A stretch of 63,997 bases of DNA, counting the filler, from an uncultured Methanosarcinales archaeon (GTDB taxonomy: Archaea; Nanobdellota; Nanobdellia; Woesearchaeales; CAZKBD01), in the NCBI GenBank assembly GCA_964550945.1. It is 16 parts of 16 records of this genome, joined end to end, with 100 filler letters (N's around TTAATTAATTAA, not from the genome) between each part and the next. Parts side by side here need not be neighbours in the genome. Positions count along the whole stretch, not along the records: positions 1 to 4,722 come from CAZKBD010000118.1; positions 4,823 to 9,470 come from CAZKBD010000119.1; 14 more parts are not named here. One strand, given 5' to 3'. Of the stretch, positions 1 to 9,570 are shown one piece after another. A model generated the notes under the pieces. That model ran no database searches. It was not told where the DNA came from and saw only the letters and a program-made list of their open reading frames with translations. The position numbers and the translations under genes are program-made. Every line of letters starts with the position of its first letter. Positions within the stretch are counted from its first letter, which is position 1.

Positions 1-51
1 GGCTTATTTATTGAGAAATGGAGGAGAAAGCTTATCCAGAAGACAAAATGA
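1..51 (+). CDS. C-terminal fragment of a DUF2157-type membrane protein (GLFIEKWRRKLIQKTK*), probably the end of the gene at 4823-6391
   Basis: Frame 1 is open to TGA at 49-51, which overlaps the next ATG (ATGA). The first 6 nt GGCTTA equal the last 6 nt of the minus-strand ORF truncated at 4823 (...IFGGL). Confidence 0.6.
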   Translation, partial: GLFIEKWRRKLIQKTK

Positions 52-563
52 AAGAGATCCATAAATTAGCAATTGGATTAAGTGTGATTCTTCTAATTAC
101 TGGGGGATTGATATTATCTTTAGCAATGCCTCTTGCTAGTTCAAGAACAGCTGTACTTGACACAAGGCCCGTAGACCCATTTGATGTGTTTAGGGGCCAA
201 TACATGAGCATCAATTATGAGATCAGCTGGATTCCTGCAATTAAGACTGCAGAGCAAGGAGATGCTGTTTATGTCATTTTAAAGGAAGATAAAGATAAGA
301 TTTCCAGGTATGAAAGCACCTCATTAAGCAAACCAAAAGAGCAGAACTTCATCAAGGGCATTGTTAGAGAGAATAATGGCGAGAATCTAAGAGTAGAATA
401 CGGCATTGAGCAGTATTTTTTTGAGAGAGATGCTTACATTTCACAGGCTAATCTAACTGTTGAAGTAAAGATCGGCAAATCAGGACAAGCAAGGATAATG
501 CAGTTATTGCAGTTAGGCAAGCCAGCTAAGATAGAGTATGAAGAGCCTAGATTGACTGATTAG
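48..563 (+). CDS. GDYXXLXY-family membrane-anchored protein
   Basis: N-terminal TM helix; PVDPFDVFRGQYMSINY variant of the signature; YGIEQYF motif. Start at ATG 48 preferred because of the ATGA overlap. Confidence 0.8.
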   Translation: MKEIHKLAIGLSVILLITGGLILSLAMPLASSRTAVLDTRPVDPFDVFRGQYMSINYEISWIPAIKTAEQGDAVYVILKEDKDKISRYESTSLSKPKEQNFIKGIVRENNGENLRVEYGIEQYFFERDAYISQANLTVEVKIGKSGQARIMQLLQLGKPAKIEYEEPRLTD

Positions 564-953
564 CTAAATTTGAGATAGAATAAGTTGATATTATTACGCA
601 GAATCTCTTTTATAAGCTGGTCTTTGTTTTTCATATCTTTTTTTTCAAAAAAATGCAGTTCTACATTCTTGTTTGTTCTATAACATCTCCAAAATTGCGA
701 CATTGAGAGTATACGCCGTTTTATTATTAATTTTCATTTATTATTCAATTTCGTTTTATTGATATTTTATCATTAGCATATGTCCTATTTGGCTCCTGGA
801 ATCTGAAGCAAAAACCATTTTTCATAGTGGATTATGTTTATTGATTATTTGCAATTATTTTAATTTTACCAGTCATTTTAAAAAAATAAATAATCTTCAC
901 TTTTATTGTAGCAAAAAAGAGATGGTATAGCACACATTTACCAATTTAGAATT

Positions 954-1742
954 TTACTTAAAAATTCCTTTTAACCACACCTTAAATCTTGACCAGAAAT
1001 CAGTTTTTATAGGCATTTCCATTTCAAAAGTGTTTCCACCCACATATGTACTACTTCTTTGACAATTTCCTCCAACTTCTGAAGTAATTGTTATTGTATT
1101 CCAATATTCATTCTTAATAACGGCAATACCATTGCCCTCAACAATTGAACATCCCGACTCTTGCACTCTTTCTTTATAAGAATTCAATAATGGAAATTGG
1201 TCTGACATTGAAATTGGTAAGCGATATCTCGTAAACTCATCTTCTTGAATATTATATTCTATAAAATAGTCTCCTGAATTTAATCTGACAGTTGAATTGC
1301 CAGATAATACTGCATGGGTATCATTATATCTCAACATAGAAACAAATTGGGAAATTTGTTTTTTAGCCTCGAATTGATTAATTGCAGAATGAATTTGTTG
1401 TTGTGTTAATGGGGGATAAATATGAACTTGATTATATTCATTGATGACTATGTGAATACCTATTGAATAGTTTATGTCAAAATTTGAAATTTTTTCTGAT
1501 GACATTCTCAAATCTGAAAATACTTCTTTTGATTCAGTTCTTCCTGAATTCATTTGCCTATAAAAATATGATTCATCAATGGAAAAATCGGAATATTCTT
1601 CAAAATCTGGATAATTTTTTATTAATTCAAAAAATGGAGAAGAGTCATTTATTGGTATTCGTGGTGGCTGTGTACGAGCTGATACAAAAGAAATACATAT
1701 CATTAATATCAAGGTAATTGAAATGGAAATAATTTTTCTCAT
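954..1742 (-). CDS. Hypothetical secreted protein
   Basis: 262 aa ORF with a signal peptide and a C-terminal amphipathic FWSRFKVWLKGIFK tail. Confidence 0.6.
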   Translation of the reverse strand: MRKIISISITLILMICISFVSARTQPPRIPINDSSPFFELIKNYPDFEEYSDFSIDESYFYRQMNSGRTESKEVFSDLRMSSEKISNFDINYSIGIHIVINEYNQVHIYPPLTQQQIHSAINQFEAKKQISQFVSMLRYNDTHAVLSGNSTVRLNSGDYFIEYNIQEDEFTRYRLPISMSDQFPLLNSYKERVQESGCSIVEGNGIAVIKNEYWNTITITSEVGGNCQRSSTYVGGNTFEMEMPIKTDFWSRFKVWLKGIFK

Positions 1743-1862
1743 GATGAAAGATTAAGAGTGAGACATATAAATACTTATCGCTAACTTCAATCTTGATCGA
1801 AGTCTAAAAATTCAAGAATGAAATAAGGAGACCCCCTTTTAGAATAAATGTTATAATCCAGC

Positions 1863-2408
1863 TTATTTCTCCAAATACTCTTTTAATTTCTCAACGGCCA
1901 TCCTTCTGAATTTTTTTACTTTTTCTGCTTCTTTAATTTCACCATAAGTTTGTTTTTTTCCTTTTGGAATAAATATTGGATCGTGGCCAAAGCCAAAATT
2001 GCCTCTAATTTTTTCTGCGATTTTTCCTTCTTCTATTCCTAAAAATGAAATAGGCTCTTTTTTTGGCTCACAATAAGCTACAGCTGACTTATAGAAGCAA
2101 GTCCTGTCTTTTACGCCTTTCATCAGATTTAATATGCCTGCTAAGCCAATCCTTTTGTGAATGTAAGCAGAGCATGTTCCAGGAAAATCGTTCAGATATT
2201 TAATGAATAATCCAGAATCTTCTACAACAACCGGCTTTTTTAGTATATCTGCAAGCTGTCTTGCTGCTAATTTTGCTATTTCTTCTGGATCATCGCTTCT
2301 AAGCTCAGGATAAGCCATTTCGATATGGCTTATCTTTATTTTATCTCCCAGAATAGCCTTGAATTCTTTTAGCTTGTTTTTGTTTGAGGTTACAAAAGTT
2401 ATGATCAT
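1863..2408 (-). CDS. rdgB: Non-canonical purine NTP pyrophosphatase (RdgB/HAM1/ITPase)
   Basis: FVTSNKNK, VVEDSGL, FPG and GFGHDPIF motifs. Confidence 0.93.
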   Translation of the reverse strand: MIITFVTSNKNKLKEFKAILGDKIKISHIEMAYPELRSDDPEEIAKLAARQLADILKKPVVVEDSGLFIKYLNDFPGTCSAYIHKRIGLAGILNLMKGVKDRTCFYKSAVAYCEPKKEPISFLGIEEGKIAEKIRGNFGFGHDPIFIPKGKKQTYGEIKEAEKVKKFRRMAVEKLKEYLEK

Positions 2409-4642
2409 TTAGAAAAATCACCAATCTTCGCTCCTGTGACTTTAACCAGATCAGAACTCTTCATCTTTATTGAATTTGTATGTGTGCCTGCGTTAAATGC
2501 TATGGTCTCATTTTCTGTTACAGATCTATCTATCCAAACAGGAACATTAAAGAGATTGCCAAATGGAGGAACTGATCCTATGCTAAGGCCAGATATTTTC
2601 TTGACTTCTTCAGCTGTTGCCAGCTTTATGCTTTTTAGATTAAGGGTGTTTTTGAATTTATCAAGGTCTATCTCTTTTGATCCAGAAACCACGCCCTGGA
2701 AAAAGCCTTTTTCTGTCTTGCAGATCATTGCTTTGCAGCCCTGCTTTAATTCAGTGCCTCTAACTTCTGCAGCCTGCTCTGAGGTATAGACTGCTTTGTG
2801 CTCCATTGTTTCGTACTCAATTTTTTCTTTATTTAATGAGTCTTTGATTTTTTCAAAGATTATATTTTTTTCTGGAACTTTTATAACATCAAGCTTAATG
2901 TGGAGCTCTTTCAGCTGCAAATCATCTACTTCTGAAGGCGAGCCATCCATCAATGACTCTACATCCTTTGTTTTTGGGAATGCTATTACCTCCCTAATTG
3001 ATTCATTATTTGTAAGGATAGCGGTTAAGCGGTCAAATCCAAATGCAATGCCGCCGTGAGGAGGAGCGCCATACTTGAAAGCTTCCAACAAAAAGCCGAA
3101 TTTTATATCTGCCTCTTCTTTTGATATGCCTAATAAGTCGAATACCTTAGATTGCACATCTCTCCTATGTATCCTTATAGACCCACCACCAAGCTCTACA
3201 CCATTTAGAACCATATCATATGCCTTTGCTTTAACCTTTAATGGTGCTGTATCCAGCAAAGGAATGTCCTTATCTTTTGGAGATGTGAATGGATGATGTA
3301 TTGCCATATGCCTTTGCTGCTCTTCATCAAACTCAAAAAGAGGGAAGTCAGTCACCCAGAGAAAGGTGTAATTTTTTTTGTCGATAAGGTTCAGTCTTTT
3401 AGCTAAGAATAACCTGATGTTGCCTAAACTTGTGTTTGCAACAAAATGCTTATGGTCTCCCACAAACAATAAAAGATCGTTATCTTTTGCATTTGTAGCT
3501 TTAATTATCTCTTTCTGGATTTTTTCGTTAAAATATTTTACAATTGAGCTTTCCAGCTTTCCATTTACCAGTTTTGCCCATGCAAGGCCTTTTGCCCCAT
3601 ATACCTGGCTTAGGCTTATCAGCTCATCAACATCTTTTCTTGAAAAATTCGCACATCCTGGAGCATTAATGCATTTGATAATGCCGCCTGCTGTGATTGT
3701 GTCTGTAAATACCTTAAAATCAGAGCCGTTTACTATATGAGAAACATCAATCAGCTCAAGGCCAAACCTTATATCCGGCTTATCGCTCCCATATCTGCTC
3801 ATTGCTTCATCATAGCTTATCCTTGGGAAGGGTGTTTTGATGGTAATATCAAGAATATCTTTCCAGATTTTTTTCATCAATCTTTCCATGATTTCATATA
3901 TGTCTTCTTCATCAATAAAGCTCATCTCAACATCTATCTGGGTGAATTCTGGCTGCCTATCAGCCCTTAAATCTTCATCCCTGAAGCATTTTACTATCTG
4001 ATAATACCTGTCACAACCTGAGACCATTAAAAGCTGCTTAAATAACTGAGGGCTTTGAGGCAATGCGTAAAATTTCCCTGGATTAACTCTAGAAGGAACT
4101 AGGTAATCTCTGGCGCCTTCTGGCGTTGATTTTGCAAGCATTGGCGTTTCAACTTCTAAAAAGCCTTCGCTGTTGAAGAATTCTCTTGCAGACTGGGCAG
4201 ATTTATGCCTTACCATCAAGTTATGCTGCATTGTTGGCTTTCTTAAATCTAGATAACGATACTTTAAACGCATATCCTCGTTTATTTCAACTCTCTCGTC
4301 AATTTCAATTGGAGGGGTTTCTGCTTTATTTAGGATTATCAATTTTTCTGCAAAGACCTCAATTTCTCCTGTTTTTAGCTTTGGATTTTCGAGCCCTTTT
4401 CCTCTTGCTTGAACAACCCCTTCAATATGCAGAACATCCTCTCTCCTTAAATGCTCAGCTTCTTTATGAGAGGTTTTGTTAAATTCAGGATTAAACACTA
4501 TTTGAGTCAGGCCATAGCGATCCCTTAGGTCAATAAATATACCCCCGCCGTGGTCTCTTCTTGAATTGATCCATCCATTCAGGATTACTTTTTTAGTGAC
4601 GTCTTTCTTAGCCAATTCCCCACATGTATGCGTACGTTTCAT
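2405..4642 (-). CDS. aspS: Bacterial-type aspartyl-tRNA synthetase (likely non-discriminating) with a C-terminal YbaK/ProX-like domain
   Basis: RTHTCGEL, RRDHGG, LPQSPQLFKQ, FRDEDLRADRQPEFTQ, GAD insert, GAPPHGGIAFGFDR. An extra ~150 aa follow with the YbaK Lys (GCKAM) and GSVPPFG. Confidence 0.95.
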   Translation of the reverse strand: MKRTHTCGELAKKDVTKKVILNGWINSRRDHGGGIFIDLRDRYGLTQIVFNPEFNKTSHKEAEHLRREDVLHIEGVVQARGKGLENPKLKTGEIEVFAEKLIILNKAETPPIEIDERVEINEDMRLKYRYLDLRKPTMQHNLMVRHKSAQSAREFFNSEGFLEVETPMLAKSTPEGARDYLVPSRVNPGKFYALPQSPQLFKQLLMVSGCDRYYQIVKCFRDEDLRADRQPEFTQIDVEMSFIDEEDIYEIMERLMKKIWKDILDITIKTPFPRISYDEAMSRYGSDKPDIRFGLELIDVSHIVNGSDFKVFTDTITAGGIIKCINAPGCANFSRKDVDELISLSQVYGAKGLAWAKLVNGKLESSIVKYFNEKIQKEIIKATNAKDNDLLLFVGDHKHFVANTSLGNIRLFLAKRLNLIDKKNYTFLWVTDFPLFEFDEEQQRHMAIHHPFTSPKDKDIPLLDTAPLKVKAKAYDMVLNGVELGGGSIRIHRRDVQSKVFDLLGISKEEADIKFGFLLEAFKYGAPPHGGIAFGFDRLTAILTNNESIREVIAFPKTKDVESLMDGSPSEVDDLQLKELHIKLDVIKVPEKNIIFEKIKDSLNKEKIEYETMEHKAVYTSEQAAEVRGTELKQGCKAMICKTEKGFFQGVVSGSKEIDLDKFKNTLNLKSIKLATAEEVKKISGLSIGSVPPFGNLFNVPVWIDRSVTENETIAFNAGTHTNSIKMKSSDLVKVTGAKIGDFSK

Positions 4643-4722
4643 AGAGCATCAGAATTAGAATATTATTTATAAATGTTGTTATAACAAATCATCTCAACCA
4701 TTCCTTTTTTAATTTTTGAAAG

Positions 4723-4822
4723 NNNNNNNNNNNNNNNNNNNNNNNNNNNNNNNNNNNNNNNNNNNNTTAATTAATTAANNNNNNNNNNNNNNNNNNNNNN
4801 NNNNNNNNNNNNNNNNNNNNNN
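4723..4822. other. Artificial contig linker; identical linkers at 9471, 14160, 18659, 23156, 27477, 31426, 35336, 39225, 43035, 46755, 50385, 53867, 57303, 60728
   Basis: Identical 100-nt spacers with a central TTAATTAATTAA (stops in all six frames). Confidence 0.98.
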
Positions 4823-6391
4823 TAAGCCGCCGAAAATCAAGATTATCCCGCCTATAATAAAGAACAAGCTTAAGCTGGTATACCCCCAAAAGTCCATAAT
4901 AAATCCTATATACCTGGTTATAACATCCAAAGAGAAGAATATTATCCCCAAGTTAATGAGTGCAGTATTCTTTTTCCATGTGCCATATCCAATGATGATT
5001 AATATAAGCAAAAGAAATATAAGATTGGCAAATATCCATACTGCCCACAAGCTTAATGGCACTTTATTTTTTTGCCCATAATATCCGACATAGGTTGCCT
5101 GCCATTTGCATTTATCTTGTGTTGAGCATGCATCATAATTATTGTTAAACTCACCACACGGACTTTTAACATCGCAAAAATTTCTTATCCATTTGCAATC
5201 CAGCTCTTTAGATCCTATACATGACTGTTCATCCCTAAAATTATAGCATGCCTTTTCATTGCATACGCCATCAATCCATGTGCAGTTCAACCTAATGCAG
5301 CTAGATTTATCTTTATGATCATAGCATGTTATTTCTCTGCAGCCTCCAATCGGCTTTGCAGTTGAATCCTTAATATTTTTTAATTCTTCAGGAGATGGGC
5401 CCCATTCGCACTTTACTGAGGAATTTTCGCAAGAATTTTGGTCATTATAGATATAGCAATTTTTTATCATGCAATTATTGTCTTTCCAAACACATTTCAT
5501 GTCCTCAGGCGCTTTATTGCATAAGTCCTTAGTTCTGATGTCATAGCAGCTTTTTTCAAAACAAACACCCATGCTATCAGCAACAAAACCAGTAGAGCCG
5601 ATCAATACAGCCAATAAAAATATGATTGTAGTGAACCAATATAACTCCTTTTTAGCTACTGCCTTTTGCTCTAAAGCTTTGATTATCCCTATGATCAAGA
5701 TAATTACTGCAACAAACAATAATACTATCAAGAATATCATTAACAGAGCTAGATAACTTGCATTTGACCATAGAGCAGGTAAAGATGATTGGAACGTAAT
5801 GAGATAAACAAAGAATAAAAGATAGAATATGGTCCACCACCGATAAACATTGGTGAATTCGTGCTTCTTTGCTGAATGTATTAAGTATAGCCCATAAAAC
5901 AATACTCCTGATATAAGAAAGCTCAACGCAAGAATGCCTAGATAAGGCTCGCTGTGGTTTGACTCAAATATCGCCAGAAATTGTATTATCATCCATATAA
6001 TAAACTCTATCAAAGCGATTATGATGCTAAAAGGCGAAGTGAAAATATAGGATGTGAGAAAAACCCCTATCCAGCATAGGAAAAACAGCCACGCTATGCC
6101 TTGTAATGTTGTGCTGGTATTGAATATCTGCGCAATCAAAAAAATGCTTGCTGTATACAGAAGCGCTCCTAGCACAATCAAGGCATTTCCTAATCCATGA
6201 TATTTTTTTAATTTTAAGAAATGGCTTGCAATATAAGCTCCGCAAGTAGCTGACAGCAGTATGATGATCTTGATTGTTGAATTCAACTGATGCCAGTTTT
6301 GCGCAACAAGCCAGATAACTCCTAACGCTATTAAGATAGAGCCAAAAACAGCTACAATTGTTCCAAATGAAGCGGCTTTTTTGTTTAACAT
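4823..6391 (-). CDS. DUF2157-family multi-pass membrane protein with a Cys-rich repeat insert (3' truncated by linker)
   Basis: GSILIALGVIWLVAQNW, LIAQIFN and many TM helices; ~160 aa of C-x(n)-C-x-W-x4-C repeats. Confidence 0.8.
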
Positions 6392-6462
6392 GATATACGG
6401 CAAATATATTCATCTGTATTATAAAAAACTATCGGTAGATTTATGTCACGTTTCCAACTAAC

Positions 6463-6555
6463 AAACCCAACAACAATGGCGAGGACGAGGCGGGGGTAGG
6501 CTCCTTCGGAGTGCCGAGTAGCGAAGCGTCCGAAGCCATTATTGTTGTTGGGTTT
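6463..6555 (+). repeat. Dispersed structured palindromic element, family A, copy 1
   Basis: Stem AAACCCAACAACAATGGC / GCCATT(ATT)GTTGTTGGGTTT enclosing GAGGACGAGGC...GTGCCGAGTAGCGAAGCGTCCGAA; homologs at 8998 and 46855. Confidence 0.85.
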
Positions 6556-6638
6556 TGCTGCTAAGAAAACCGTTACCTTAGAAAGTGCACTCTACAATTA
6601 CCGATAGCTATTTAAACAATTGTAATTAACCAAAGCTA

Positions 6639-6950
6639 ATGCCTCGCGGAAGAAAACCACAAAGCCCAATAAGGCAGAACATAATTGATATGCTATTCTT
6701 CTTAAAAGAAGCTTATGGATACGATCTCTATAGAAACTACATAACCATATTCCCTAAAGTAACCATGCGCTCTATCTACTATCATCTCAAGAAGGGCCTT
6801 GATTTAGGAGAGATAAAAATCAGCAGGATCCAGAAATCCCAGGGAGATTATAGCTGGGGCAGTGAAGCAGAAAAGATATATTATGGCTTAGGAGAAAATG
6901 CAAAGCCAACTGGAAATTTGCAGGTGAAGAAGGTATTAGATAAACCATAA
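6639..6950 (+). CDS. Small winged-helix-like hypothetical protein
   Basis: 103 aa; YGYDLY...MRSIYYHLKKG...EKIYYGL resembles a PadR-like wHTH. Confidence 0.6.
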   Translation: MPRGRKPQSPIRQNIIDMLFFLKEAYGYDLYRNYITIFPKVTMRSIYYHLKKGLDLGEIKISRIQKSQGDYSWGSEAEKIYYGLGENAKPTGNLQVKKVLDKP

Positions 6951-6987
6951 GGCGATTTAAGACATGAAAAACCAATTTTGCAAGGCT

Positions 6988-7467
6988 CTATTGATTTAAT
7001 ATTTTGTTGATATTCTTAAAGAAGATTGATGCATTATCAAGAGACTCTTTTGCTGGGTCTCGATTTGCTTGTGGCAGTTTTTGGTAAGTAAATTCCCCTC
7101 TTTTGCTTTTTTCTTTGGTAAAAATGCCTAGCAGCTCATCAGCTTTTATCAATATTTTTTTATAAATTTTCAGCAATTCGACATCAATTTTTCCAGTTTT
7201 TACAAGATAAGCTTCAAAAGCCTCTATTGTTTTCTTGTGCACTTCTGGGGCTTCGGTTTTAATTCCTTCGTTAATTAATATTGCTTTTGCAGAATAGAAT
7301 ATGGAATAGTAAGAATGGCTAATTACTGTGCTATAAAAAGTAAACTCTTTTTCTAGTTTAAATTGTTCTTTCTGAAGAACAGGGTTGCTTGAAATATCAA
7401 AGAGCATTTGAGCTGCTACAAGCTCATTTTCTGCCCTTTGGATATATAATCTTGCTTCGTCATTCAT
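6988..7467 (-). CDS. HEPN domain protein (toxin of an MNT-HEPN pair)
   Basis: SHSYYSIFYSAKAIL, H motif, R-x4-Y (KRGEFTY); overlaps the upstream nucleotidyltransferase gene. Confidence 0.85.
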   Translation of the reverse strand: MNDEARLYIQRAENELVAAQMLFDISSNPVLQKEQFKLEKEFTFYSTVISHSYYSIFYSAKAILINEGIKTEAPEVHKKTIEAFEAYLVKTGKIDVELLKIYKKILIKADELLGIFTKEKSKRGEFTYQKLPQANRDPAKESLDNASIFFKNINKILNQ

Positions 7468-8074
7468 ATTGCCTGCCTTTGATAAGATGAATATACTCAA
7501 TAAAACCATAGTACACCAAGTTATTTTTATATATTTGTTTTCCTATATTTTCGAACTCAGATTTTAACATCTCTAAAAGCTCATATATGGTAAAGGCATG
7601 ATAATCTAGTTTCAATATCTCTCTCCTCTTGATAGTTTCTATGTAAGGCGCTATATCTTTTTTTGTTTGCTCTGAATCAACGATAATTGCCACATCCAAA
7701 TCAGATTTAGCCGTTGCTTTATTTTTAGCATAGCTGCCAAACACAATCAGAATAAAAAACTTGGTTTGCTTGAATATTCTTTTTTGAATTTCGCTAAGCA
7801 GTTCTTTAGGAATCTTTCTTTTTTTTAGTTCTAACTCATTTATCAGGTTGAGATAAGATATAGTCAAATTGTTGTCTAAATCTAGTTGGTAGGTTGTTAC
7901 ATCTCCCACATTCTTTGTTTTTACTATATCCTCATTTTGAAATTCCTTTAATGCAATCTGGACGATATTGTTTGATTTTTGTTTGCTTAATGTTTTAATC
8001 TGCTTGAAAGTTAAATTAGCAAACAAATCCTTTTTCAGTACAGAAAGTATGTTTAGTTGCTCTTTTGTTAACAT
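7460..8074 (-). CDS. HTH + minimal nucleotidyltransferase (MNT antitoxin)
   Basis: FGSYAKNKATAKSDLDV polymerase-beta motif; N-terminal HTH-like region. Confidence 0.88.
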   Translation of the reverse strand: MLTKEQLNILSVLKKDLFANLTFKQIKTLSKQKSNNIVQIALKEFQNEDIVKTKNVGDVTTYQLDLDNNLTISYLNLINELELKKRKIPKELLSEIQKRIFKQTKFFILIVFGSYAKNKATAKSDLDVAIIVDSEQTKKDIAPYIETIKRREILKLDYHAFTIYELLEMLKSEFENIGKQIYKNNLVYYGFIEYIHLIKGRQYE

Positions 8075-8214
8075 TTTACCTATTTTTTGGTTATTCAATA
8101 CCTATTTTTTGGTAGATATATAAATGTTTCTGTTTTGAATGAATCAATTTGGTCTGAGCTCAATAAGAAATCTAATAATGTTCTGAATAATATTTTGGCT
8201 AACTGCCATTTAAC

Positions 8215-8907
8215 TCACCTTTTTATCTTCCTCAAGAACCCAAGTAAAGCAAAAGCCTCTCTTCTTGTCAGGAACGCTTTTCCAATCATTCTTTTCCAGA
8301 TTGTTCTCTGAGTTTCCTTTTTCTCCTTTGTGGCAAACTCCAATCCATTCAGAACTTCATCTACTAACCTCAATATGATTTCTTTTTCCTTTTTAGAAGC
8401 AGGGATTATATGGCTGGTAGTTGTTTCTTTATTCAATCTTTTAAATATCTCATATAGAATTATTGACAATGAATGGCTTATGTTCAAAACAGGATATTCT
8501 TTTGGAGTTGGTATTGTAACAATAAAATCGCATTTTTGTATCTCCTTGTTTGTCAATCCAGAGCCTTCCCTTCCAAATAATAATCCAACTTTAGCTTTCT
8601 TAATCCCAGCCAGCTTATCAGCAAGCTGCTCAGGGCTTATAGGGCTTCTTGGGATGTTATAATCAGTTCCTAGGACAGAAGTGGTCCCAATCAAATAATC
8701 AAACCCATTTAAATAAGATTTCTTTTCTACTTTAATCTTCCTCAACAGATCATTAGCATGCTTTGCCCTATTCCTGGATTCCTGGCTTAGATAATCACAT
8801 TTAGGGTTTATCAAAATCAAGCTATCAAAGCCAAAATTCTTTGTAATCCTGGCTATAGCGCCAACATTCCCACTAATCGAAGGCTCCATTATTATAATTT
8901 CAATCAT
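8215..8907 (-). CDS. trmJ: SPOUT tRNA methyltransferase, TrmJ/TrmH family
   Basis: EPSISGNVGAIAR, LFGREGSGLTN, IPTPKEYPVLNISH. Confidence 0.85.
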   Translation of the reverse strand: MIEIIIMEPSISGNVGAIARITKNFGFDSLILINPKCDYLSQESRNRAKHANDLLRKIKVEKKSYLNGFDYLIGTTSVLGTDYNIPRSPISPEQLADKLAGIKKAKVGLLFGREGSGLTNKEIQKCDFIVTIPTPKEYPVLNISHSLSIILYEIFKRLNKETTTSHIIPASKKEKEIILRLVDEVLNGLEFATKEKKETQRTIWKRMIGKAFLTRREAFALLGFLRKIKR

Positions 8908-8997
8908 TTTTTGTTAATAACCTATATGTATTTAAAATGTTTACCACTGTTGCGCATTGTTAACTTAAGTGGGAAAAGTTTAAGCTGTTAAATTCGA

Positions 8998-9084
8998 GGC
9001 AACAACAATGGCGAGGACGAGGCAGGGGATGTCCCTTAAGGGGTGCCGAGTAGCGAAGCGTCCGAAGCCATTATTGTTGTTGCC
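8998..9084 (+). repeat. Family A structured element, copy 2
   Basis: GGCAACAACAATGGC...GCCATTATTGTTGTTGCC; core nearly identical to copy 1, central hairpin different. Confidence 0.85.
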
Positions 9085-9217
9085 GAGAATAAGAACAACA
9101 AATACAACTTGACTTAATCTCCAATATTGTTNNNNNNNNNNATTTATAATCTTTTTTGATTTAGTACTTTTATCACAATAATATTTTTAAATAAACCTCA
9201 ACCATAAATCTTCCAGT

Positions 9218-9470
9218 ATGAACAAAACTCCTTTATACGAAGAGCACATCAAGTTAGGTGCGAGGATAGTAGAGTTTGGCGGCTGGCTCATGCCTGTGTT
9301 TTATACAAATGTTATTGAAGAGCATATTGCAACAAGAACAAAAGCCGGCTTGTTTGATATCTGCCATATAGGAGAGATAGAAATAACCGGCAAAGACGCA
9401 TTTAATCTAATCCAGAAGCTGATAACCAATGACTTAGGAAAATTGCCAAAAAATAAGGCATTCTACACAG
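9218..9470 (+). CDS. gcvT: Glycine cleavage system T protein (5' fragment)
   Basis: KTPLYEEH, EFGGWLMP, GLFDICHIGEI. Confidence 0.9.
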
Positions 9471-9570
9471 NNNNNNNNNNNNNNNNNNNNNNNNNNNNNN
9501 NNNNNNNNNNNNNNTTAATTAATTAANNNNNNNNNNNNNNNNNNNNNNNNNNNNNNNNNNNNNNNNNNNN

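Noticed and set aside
2436..4482. Antisense ORFs over aspS and other strong genes
   Set aside because: Shadow ORFs opposite well-supported genes.
4723..4822. Regularly recurring TTAATTAATTAA within N-runs as a biological repeat
   Set aside because: Artificial contig linker; ORF-track entries running into X residues are truncation artefacts.
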